In this document: positions 28,562 through 35,514 of the stretch, one piece after another
Layout: the number at the start of each line of letters is the position of its first letter
How positions within the stretch are numbered: the stretch's first letter is position 1
DNA from: Bacteroidota bacterium
GTDB taxonomy: Bacteria; Bacteroidota; Bacteroidia; Bacteroidales; WCHB1-69
Reading direction: 5' to 3'
Assembly (NCBI GenBank): GCA_009787115.1
Contig: WRGQ01000168.1
Location: 1 to 36,753 of the forward strand
DNA length: 36,753 nucleotides
Translations under genes and position numbers: made by a program
The notes under the pieces: generated by a model
Told to the model about the DNA's origin: nothing
Database searches by the model: none
What the model saw: only the letters and a program-made list of their open reading frames with translations

Positions 28562-29130
28562 GTTTGCAAAAAGTTGTTAAGTTTTTTTGTGGCTAATGCG
28601 CGATGGCTGATACTGTTTTTCTCATCTTCAGTCATTTCCGCAAACGTTTTATCATAGCCCAAAGGTTTAAAAACGGGGTCGTAGCCAAACCCATTTATAC
28701 CCTTCTCACTTTCCATTATTTCTCCGTCAATTTTACCTTCAAAGAAGTAGTTTTCTTCATTTACAATGAGTGCGATTACGGTTTTGAAACAGGCTTTTCT
28801 ATTAGAAATTCCTTGCATTTCATACAATACTTTTTGAATATTATCTTTAAAGGAACAATGCTCTCCGGCGTAGCGTGCAGAATAGACGCCCGGTTTTCCG
28901 TTTAACGCTTCAATTTCCAAACCGGTATCATCGGCGAAGCAGTTGCAATGAAATTTATCGTGAATATATTTTGCTTTTTGTAAAGCATTTGCAATCAAAG
29001 TATCTCCTGTTTCGGGGATTTCGTCGTAGCAACCAAGTTCTTTAAGACTGATAATAGAACAACGGGCGCCCGCAATAGCGCGCACCTCGTTTAATTTATG
29101 AGCGTTGTTGGTGGCAAAAACAAGTTCCAC
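28543..29130 (-). CDS. rdgB: Non-canonical purine NTP pyrophosphatase (RdgB/HAM1)
   Basis: LVFATNN.HKL.E, ETG.T...NA..KA, ADDTGLE..ALNG.PGVYSARYAG, GFGYDPVF, KN.ISHR. GTG start at 29130 lies 1 nt after the rpmF stop. Confidence 0.93.
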   Translation of the reverse strand: MELVFATNNAHKLNEVRAIAGARCSIISLKELGCYDEIPETGDTLIANALQKAKYIHDKFHCNCFADDTGLEIEALNGKPGVYSARYAGEHCSFKDNIQKVLYEMQGISNRKACFKTVIALIVNEENYFFEGKIDGEIMESEKGINGFGYDPVFKPLGYDKTFAEMTEDEKNSISHRALATKKLNNFLQTCPILK

Positions 29131-29131
29131 A

Positions 29132-29305
29132 CTATACTTCGATGGCTTGTTTACCTCTGTAGTAGCCACATTCGGGGCAGATTCTATGTGTAAGAATGGC
29201 GGCGCCGCAGTGACTGCAAGTAGTTAAGTGAGGAGCCGTGATAAAATCGTGCGATCTCCGTTTATCTCTACGTTGTGCGGAATGATTTCTTTTTGGATTC
29301 GGCAT
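29132..29305 (-). CDS. rpmF: 50S ribosomal protein L32, zinc-ribbon form (absent from the ORF track)
   Basis: Hand translation: MPNPKRNHSAQRRDKRRSHDFITAPHLTTCSHCGAAILTHRICPECGYYRGKQAIEV* (57 aa); canonical position after yceD. Confidence 0.95.
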   Translation of the reverse strand: MPNPKRNHSAQRRDKRRSHDFITAPHLTTCSHCGAAILTHRICPECGYYRGKQAIEV

Positions 29306-29318
29306 AATATTTATTTTT

Positions 29319-29401
29319 TAGTGATTAATGATTAATGATTAGTGATTAGATATTAGAGTTTGATGTTTTATTCGTAATTGTTAATTATTAATTGTTAATT
29401 G
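29319..29401. repeat. Two heptamer arrays in the yceD-rpmF junction
   Basis: TAGTGATTAATGATTAATGATTAGTGATTAG (29319-29349) and CGTAATTGTTAATTATTAATTGTTAATTG (29373-29401). Confidence 0.85.
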
Positions 29402-29938
29402 TTTCAAGGCGTCCCATCGGGGGTCAGTTTCCGTATCGTTGTGTTCATCGGTTGTTGGGGCGAGTTCTGCGAGTTTTTTTAGCATTTCAGGATTGCATGT
29501 GGGATTTCCGTTTTCGTCGTTAGGGTGAATCAGTTGAGTAGGGAGGGCAAGTTCTATCGCTTCGTATAAAAAGTGAGTAAGATCAAGTTCGTGCGCTTTT
29601 TCGTGGAGTTGCCAGATGTTTTCATCATTTTCAAACGATTCATCAAGATGAGAGACAAAATTGACCACCAAAAAATCTGAAAAATCCAAAGGCAATGTCA
29701 AAAAGTCCAAACATCTATCGCAAATTACGGTTATTTCACCGTTAAAATGGAACTTGAGTGAGAGCATTTTGGCGCTTTTTTCCATCTCTATTTGCACTTT
29801 GATGTTACCCTCTTCAATTTCAGTCAATCCTGTAAGTTCAAAGAACGCTTTATCACAAATCATTGAATATTTGTGATTTCCAACATCAATGCCGGAAAGT
29901 CTCAGTACAAAATCATCTCTTAAATCGGTCATTTTCAC
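29381..29938 (-). CDS. yceD: DUF177/YceD family protein
   Basis: CDRCLD, LYE.I.LALP...IHP and C-terminal DPRWDALK.L; upstream of rpmF. Confidence 0.9.
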   Translation of the reverse strand: MKMTDLRDDFVLRLSGIDVGNHKYSMICDKAFFELTGLTEIEEGNIKVQIEMEKSAKMLSLKFHFNGEITVICDRCLDFLTLPLDFSDFLVVNFVSHLDESFENDENIWQLHEKAHELDLTHFLYEAIELALPTQLIHPNDENGNPTCNPEMLKKLAELAPTTDEHNDTETDPRWDALKQLTINN

Positions 29939-30036
29939 TTTGCATTAATTGGGGCGCGAATATATACTTTTTATGTTGTTAAAAATTTATTAAATCTTTA
30001 TGGTTAAGAAAAAGTTAACAAATAACAGAATATTCC

Positions 30037-30044
30037 TATTTTTG
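30037..30044 (+). promoter_or_regulatory. -7 promoter element (TATTTTTG) for the ABC ATPase
   Basis: TAnnTTTG followed by CCA, about 62 bp before the ATG. Confidence 0.6.
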
Positions 30045-30069
30045 CCACTCTAAATTATCCTCCCTTACA

Positions 30070-30104
30070 CTCTAACCTCTAACCACTAACCGCTAACCGC
30101 TAAA
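30070..30104 (+). repeat. Five-unit heptamer array in the ABC ATPase 5' leader
   Basis: CTCTAAC-CTCTAAC-CACTAAC-CGCTAAC-CGCTAAA, ending 2 nt before ATG 30107. Confidence 0.9.
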
Positions 30105-30106
30105 CC

Positions 30107-30856
30107 ATGCCCCCCGTTATCAAAACAGAATCCCTCACCAAGCGTTTCGGCAATTTTACCGCCGTGGATAACATTTCGTTTGAGGTAGAGAAAGGAGAGA
30201 TTTTTGGATTTCTGGGAGCGAACGGCGCGGGGAAAACTACTGCCATGAAAATGTTGATTGGCATTAGCAAACCCACCTCCGGAAGAGGATGGGTGGCAGG
30301 ATATGATATCAAGACCCAAGCCGAACAGATAAAAAAGAGCATTGGCTATATGAGTCAAAAGTTTTCTTTATACGACGATTTGAAAGTGTGGGAAAACATT
30401 CGGCTCTACGCCGGTATTTACGGTATAAAAGAGAAAGAGATAGCCGAAAAAACAGAAATCGTGTTGCAAAAATTAGGTTTTGAGAATGAGCGTAATACAT
30501 TAGTAAAATCGCTGCCATTGGGATGGAAACAACGGTTAGCCTTTTCCGTAGCCATTTTCCACGAACCGCAAATTGTGTTTTTAGATGAACCCACCGGCGG
30601 CGTTGACCCTGCTATGCGCCGCACATTTTGGGAGATGATTTATGAAGCCTCCGCACGAGGTATCACCATATTTGTTACTACCCATTATATGGATGAAGCC
30701 GAATACTGCAACCGCGTCTCTATTATGGTGGACGGCAGAATTGATGCGTTGGATTCTCCCAAAAATTTAAAACAGCATTTTAAGGTGAACAGTATGAATG
30801 AGGTGTTTCATAAACTTGCGCGAGAGGCAAAACGTGGAGATACTCGTGCTTTTTAG
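30107..30856 (+). CDS. ABC-2 type transporter ATP-binding protein (YbhF-like)
   Basis: GANGAGKTT Walker A, GYMSQKFSLY, degenerate signature LPLGWKQR, FLDEPTGGVDP, TTHYMDEAEYC. Confidence 0.92.
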   Translation: MPPVIKTESLTKRFGNFTAVDNISFEVEKGEIFGFLGANGAGKTTAMKMLIGISKPTSGRGWVAGYDIKTQAEQIKKSIGYMSQKFSLYDDLKVWENIRLYAGIYGIKEKEIAEKTEIVLQKLGFENERNTLVKSLPLGWKQRLAFSVAIFHEPQIVFLDEPTGGVDPAMRRTFWEMIYEASARGITIFVTTHYMDEAEYCNRVSIMVDGRIDALDSPKNLKQHFKVNSMNEVFHKLAREAKRGDTRAF

Positions 30857-30858
30857 GG

Positions 30859-30900
30859 AAAGGATAGTTATCTTTTTGGGAAGTGTTAACTATCTTTTTT
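30859..30900 (+). terminator. Probable intrinsic terminator after the ABC ATPase
   Basis: AAAGGATAGTTA (30859-30870) / TAACTATCTTTT (30887-30898), one G:U pair, T-run. Confidence 0.55.
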
Positions 30901-31211
30901 GCAGGCATAGCCTACTTGTGGCTACTGAACATAATCGCAACACCTCTCACCGTACACCACCTGCCGACATTGCCGCCCGCAAACGCTTTCTGTTTCGTGA
31001 TACCGTTGTTGCAGGTTTTCGGTTGCCGTCGCGCAATAGTAAACCCCGTTTTCTTCGTACTCGTAACCGGATATAACCGGTTTTTGTACTTCAAAAATAA
31101 AATTTCTTATTACAGCATAACTGTAATAATCAAGGTTTAAAGCAGGAAGGGTAGGGGGGGTGTCATGAGTTTTGCTTCCTGTTCTTGAACAGTAAAATTA
31201 AAGTTATTTTT

Positions 31212-31427
31212 TTATTGGTCACACTTCCATTCTATGATTTTGCACGTTTCTTTTGAAATCTTAATATATCCACCACTACCACCCATTCTCAAGATACCGT
31301 CATTTATATAGCGATAGTCAACCAAAATAAAAGTTTCTTCTTCGGTAATTGTTCTTGTAAGGCGTGTTAGATTTTTGTATACTCTTTTCATAATACACTT
31401 AATATTTTTTGTTATTATCCGCCCCAT
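31212..31427 (-). CDS. Small hypothetical protein or fragment, resembling the C-terminus of NTF2-fold immunity proteins
   Basis: GGSGGYIKISKETCKII ending; AT-rich; directly follows the pseudogene at 31468-32040. Confidence 0.35.
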   Translation of the reverse strand: MGRIITKNIKCIMKRVYKNLTRLTRTITEEETFILVDYRYINDGILRMGGSGGYIKISKETCKIIEWKCDQ

Positions 31428-31467
31428 AAATTAAAATTTTGTATTAGTCGTTGATAATTGCCTTTTT

Positions 31468-32040
31468 TCAATATTTGTTGCTATTCCTTATTTTTAAATC
31501 TGTTAGTTTAGTTAAAAAATCACAGCATTGATAATATTTATTTTTCTTACTTGGTGACCACCTGTCAACTACATGATATTGAAAATCATTTTTCCCTTCT
31601 AAAATCCATTGAGCGCCATCAAAACCCATAACTCTTTTATTGGTTTCCATATTCCAAAAATCAATTTGATTTAGCAAATTCTTAAATTCAATCCAAGAAT
31701 TTTCGTCAAGTTCTTTTTGTTTCACTATCATAATCCATTTTTCCGGATTATGCCATACATCATCACAATATTTCCAACCATAATATTTTCAACATAGCAT
31801 ATATTTACAATCTTGTTTTTCTATTCGTATAATAATAGGATGATCGCGACTACGCAACCATGTAAATCTATAAATTTCATTTAAGTCATCCGGGCTATGC
31901 CATTCTATTGGTCCAGGCTGACGTGTATGGGTATGGAATGCGGTTACATCGCCGTCAGGTTTTTGTGACATACCTACTTTTCCATTTCTACCTCCAACTG
32001 ACAAACCTACTAAATTCGGAAATGTTTTTTTCATACGCAA
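31468..32040 (-). pseudogene. Chimeric pseudogene: HxH..SxxD toxin-like fragment fused to a conserved Bacteroidota hypothetical protein, interrupted by one in-frame TGA
   Basis: The two ORF-track entries (31789-32040, 31468-31731) share a frame and are separated only by TGA at 31789-31791. Joined they read EIYRFTWLRS.DHPIIIRIEK...IDFWNM...G.DGAQWILEG....YHVVDRWSP. Confidence 0.7.
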
Positions 32041-32171
32041 TAATTTTAGTTAATAAATCAGGGGTGAAAATAGAAAAATATTAATCAAAAACAAAGTACG
32101 TTTGTTTTATTAATTATACGAAAAACACTATTCCCGCGTTTCTTCCTTGGTTTTTTAAAATTTTATATTGT

Positions 32172-33920
32172 ATGAAAAAAGTTAATCTGTTTGTATTTTT
32201 CTTCCTGACTGTTATTGTTTCATTTTCACAAAACCCAACTTATCAAGTGAATAACCAAAAAATGAATCAATTGCTAAAAAATATTAACGATATGTATTTG
32301 GATACAGTGAATTTTGATGTGTTGGTAGAAAAAGGAGTAACAGAGATGCTGAAAGAATTAGATCCCCACTCTGCATATATTTCTAAAAAAGATGTGCAAC
32401 AGGCAAACGAGCCGCTCATCGGCTCTTTCGACGGCATTGGGGTTACTTTTCAAATTATTAAAGATACTATTAACGTGATGGAAGTTATAGTGAACGGTCC
32501 TTCCGAAAAAGTAGGCTTAAAAGCAGGAGATAAGATTGTAAAGGTGGACACTACAACGGCTTGTGGCAAACATGTAAATAACAAATGGGTGGCAGACCAC
32601 CTGCGCGGACCTAAAGGAACTAAAGTTGCTGTTTTTGTAAAAAGAGGAAAAAATCCTGAACTTTTAGAGTTTACTATTACCCGCGACAAGATTCCAATGA
32701 ACAGTATCAACGTGTATTTTATGGCAGATAAAAATACGGGATACATCTGTTTGGAGCGTTTTGCCCAAACCTCCACGCAGGAATTGCGCGATGCCATGAC
32801 CCGCCTCAAAGCACGCGGTATGAAAAACCTTATCCTTGACCTGCGCGGAAATACCGGCGGTTACCTGCAGGCGGCATTTGAAATTTCCAACGAATTTATA
32901 GGAGCGGACAAAATGATTGTTTATACGGATAACTTCCGAAAAACAGGCGAAACATTCAAATCCAACGGAAAAGGCGAGTTTCAAAAAGGTAAGTTAGTGG
33001 TCTTAGTAGATGAAGGCTCAGCCTCTGCCAGCGAGATTGTCTCAGGCGCCGTACAGGATTGGGACCGCGCCCTGATTATGGGACGCAGGACTTTTGGAAA
33101 AGGACTTGTGCAAAAACCCATCTACCTTGCCGATGGCTCGCAAGTACGACTCACCATCTCCAAGTATTATACTCCTTCAGGAAGATGTATCCAACGCCCG
33201 TATGAAGATGGTTTGGACAACTACTTCAACGACCTGAACACCCGCTCAAAACACGGCGAACTATTAACCGCCGACAGTATCAAATTTCCCGATTCCCTCA
33301 AATATCAAACCGCAAAAGGAAGAACTGTTTATGGCGGCGGCGGTATCATGCCCGATATCTTTATCCCGTTGGATACTTCCCGCTACTCTTCACTTTACAA
33401 TGAAATGTACAGAAAAGGGATTATCAGCGGTTTTACATTAGATTATATGGAGCAAAACAGAGAGCAACTCAAAGCTAAATATGCCACAATGGAGGATTTT
33501 AAAAACAACTTTGAAGTCTCTGAACAGTTATTTCAAGAGTTAATGGATTACACCCATAAAGAGGGAGTGAAAGATGTCATTGAGTTTCAGTTTTCCAAAC
33601 GATTGGAAGGGTTTGTAAAAGATAAAGCCTCATCATTGGATTCATTATATAATTCTTTGGAAGATTTGAATACAAATGAACAGTTTAAAGAGATGCTCAC
33701 TAAATACATTACAGAATCTTTTAACGAGTCAATGCGGTTGCGCAATTTGAATAAAGCCAATGAGTTTATTAAAGATGCTTTGAAATATGAAATAGCAAGG
33801 AATCTGTTCAGTTACGGCGAAGCACGCCAAATCTTTTTAATGAAAGATGATGGTTTTCTAAAAGCGTTGGAAGTGATTAGCAACGATAAGATTTTTAAGA
33901 AATTTAATGTAGAGCAGTAA
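32172..33920 (+). CDS. S41A carboxy-terminal processing protease (CtpA/Prc family)
   Basis: LDPHS.Y, PDZ GIGV...GPSEKVGL, LDLRGN.GG, SASASEIVSGAVQD, TFGKGLVQ (Ser/Lys dyad), YYTPSGR.IQ. Confidence 0.93.
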   Translation: MKKVNLFVFFFLTVIVSFSQNPTYQVNNQKMNQLLKNINDMYLDTVNFDVLVEKGVTEMLKELDPHSAYISKKDVQQANEPLIGSFDGIGVTFQIIKDTINVMEVIVNGPSEKVGLKAGDKIVKVDTTTACGKHVNNKWVADHLRGPKGTKVAVFVKRGKNPELLEFTITRDKIPMNSINVYFMADKNTGYICLERFAQTSTQELRDAMTRLKARGMKNLILDLRGNTGGYLQAAFEISNEFIGADKMIVYTDNFRKTGETFKSNGKGEFQKGKLVVLVDEGSASASEIVSGAVQDWDRALIMGRRTFGKGLVQKPIYLADGSQVRLTISKYYTPSGRCIQRPYEDGLDNYFNDLNTRSKHGELLTADSIKFPDSLKYQTAKGRTVYGGGGIMPDIFIPLDTSRYSSLYNEMYRKGIISGFTLDYMEQNREQLKAKYATMEDFKNNFEVSEQLFQELMDYTHKEGVKDVIEFQFSKRLEGFVKDKASSLDSLYNSLEDLNTNEQFKEMLTKYITESFNESMRLRNLNKANEFIKDALKYEIARNLFSYGEARQIFLMKDDGFLKALEVISNDKIFKKFNVEQ

Positions 33921-33977
33921 AAAATAAGATTAAACTCATTAATCATTAATTCTTATTATTCAATTGCACCGATTGCA

Positions 33978-34015
33978 ACAAAAAAAGGCATCAAAATTTT
34001 GACGCCTTTTTTTGT
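33978..34015. terminator. Bidirectional intrinsic terminator between convergent genes
   Basis: ACAAAAAAAGGCATCAAA..TTTGACGCCTTTTTTTGT hairpin with A-tract and T-tract flanks. Confidence 0.8.
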
Positions 34016-34058
34016 AGTGTATTAGATATATTTAATACAATTATTCTTTACTGCAGGT

Positions 34059-34496
34059 TTAGTGTTTAGCGCAGCAGCCTTCTTCTTTTTCTTTGCAGCA
34101 CTTTTCTTTGTGGCATGCTAAAACTTGGTCAATGATAGCCTTTTTCTCATCTAAGGTAAGATTGTCGAAATCTTCCCATTTAGCTTTAAATTCTGCGCAT
34201 TTAGCTGCTTTCTCAGGGCATACTTCTTCTACTTCTTCACCTTCTTTTGCACAACATTTTGCTTCACATTTTGCTTTACATTCATCAATGAAAGCTTTCA
34301 TGTCAGCAACGAGAGCAGTTTGTTGAATTTCATCTAAATCAGCCCATAAGTCCCAATTTTCGAACATAGCTTCCTGTTCGGGAGTTAAAGCGCAACATGT
34401 TTCTTCTGCTACTACTTCAGTTGCTTTTTCTTTTTTTGTTCCGCATGAAACAAAAACCAGGCAAGCAACAGCCAATAAAATCATAAGTTTTTTCAT
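34059..34496 (-). CDS. Cys-rich acidic lipoprotein of unknown function
   Basis: Lipoprotein signal MKKLMILLAVACLVFVS-C; 13 further Cys including four CC pairs; own -7 element (TATTTTTG, 34558-34565, -) and terminator. Confidence 0.8.
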   Translation of the reverse strand: MKKLMILLAVACLVFVSCGTKKEKATEVVAEETCCALTPEQEAMFENWDLWADLDEIQQTALVADMKAFIDECKAKCEAKCCAKEGEEVEEVCPEKAAKCAEFKAKWEDFDNLTLDEKKAIIDQVLACHKEKCCKEKEEGCCAKH

Positions 34497-34642
34497 AATA
34501 AAATTGTTTTTAGTTAATAAATAAATGAATGAATGATTTTCTTAAAAAATTATGTGGCAAAAATATATAATATAATGTAATGAAGAAATAATTAAGTTTT
34601 TTTAACAATAAAATTCAAGATAAAATGCTATATAATTTATTA

Positions 34643-35449
34643 CTAACATGTTATATTAAATATTTTAATAGTTTCAGCACACTGTTTCACATCGTGAACG
34701 CGCAATATTGAGGCTCTGTGGCAAAGCGCCAGAGTATTTAATGTAACAGTTCCGGTTAAAGATTCCGCAGGAGATACCTGTAAGAGTTCTTGAATCATTG
34801 ATTTTCTTGAGATCCCTGCCAAAATTGGAAAGTTCAGAATGGAAAGTGTTTCTAATTGATTGATAAGGTAATAATTTTGTTCTATAGTTTTGCCAAATCC
34901 AAATCCGGGGTCAATAATAATATCTTTAACTCCTTTTACAATCAGTTTTTCAATATTGTTTCCAAAAAATGAGAGCATTTGAGGTATCAGTTCTTTTGTT
35001 GCAATGGGTTGGTTACGGTTGTTATGCGTTAAAACGTATGGTATCTGGTATTTACCTGCTACTTCAAACATATTGGGGTCGTTTCCTCCCGAAACATCGT
35101 TAATTATGGCAGCGCCTTCGCCAATCGCCATTTCTGCCACATTTGCCCGAAATGTATCCACAGAGATAAGGGCTTCCGGAAAATGGGAAAGAATGAGACG
35201 CAGATACTTCATTATGGATTCTAATTCCTTATTTTCATCAACATCAACAGCGTTTGGTTTGGTAGAAACTGCTCCCAGATCCACAATAGCAGCTCCTTCT
35301 TCCAATATTTGTTCTACACGTTTTAAAACAGCCGTTTCGGAAAGATACCTGCCCCCATCAAAAAAAGAATCCTCAGTAACATTGAGAATCCCCATAATTA
35401 TTGGGGTTTCTAATGATATCAGGGTTTGGTTTATGCGAAGGGAATACAT
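34643..35449 (-). CDS. folP: Dihydropteroate synthase
   Basis: IMGILNVT.DSFFDGG, DLGA.STKP, SVDTFRA, IINDVSGG, DPGFGFGK, SRKS, RVHDV. Confidence 0.95.
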   Translation of the reverse strand: MYSLRINQTLISLETPIIMGILNVTEDSFFDGGRYLSETAVLKRVEQILEEGAAIVDLGAVSTKPNAVDVDENKELESIMKYLRLILSHFPEALISVDTFRANVAEMAIGEGAAIINDVSGGNDPNMFEVAGKYQIPYVLTHNNRNQPIATKELIPQMLSFFGNNIEKLIVKGVKDIIIDPGFGFGKTIEQNYYLINQLETLSILNFPILAGISRKSMIQELLQVSPAESLTGTVTLNTLALCHRASILRVHDVKQCAETIKIFNITC

Positions 35450-35514
35450 AGTGATTAGATGATTATGATACAGGGTTTAAGATTTAAGGTTTAAACGTTA
35501 TACCCTAATCACTA
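35449..35514. repeat. 10-bp perfect inverted repeat bracketing the A2M-folP spacer, with an internal heptamer array
   Basis: TAGTGATTAG (35449-35458) / CTAATCACTA (35505-35514); GGTTTAA-GATTTAA-GGTTTAA (35474-35494). Confidence 0.85.

Noticed and set aside
29131-29169. ORF-track N-terminal extension of rdgB
   Set aside because: It overlaps the rpmF 3' end; the family N-terminus starts at GTG 29130.
30950-31090. Diversity-generating retroelement template repeat
   Set aside because: There are a few AAC codons, but I found no partner repeat differing at adenines and no reverse transcriptase in the window.
30798-31140. + strand ORFs of 92 and 85 aa and the 60-aa - strand ORF at 30912-31094
   Set aside because: No family motifs, overlap with the terminator and hairpins, and they conflict with one another; not called as genes.
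31789-31791. TGA recoding (Trp/Gly code or selenocysteine)
   Set aside because: TGA is a normal stop for wzx, rfbG, rimM and the second GT4 at expected ends. This TGA lies in a degenerate duplication where the other copy has TGG, so a nonsense mutation is simpler.
18463-35514. CRISPR array interpretation of the short repeats
   Set aside because: Units are 7 bp and contiguous, with no unique spacers and no cas genes.
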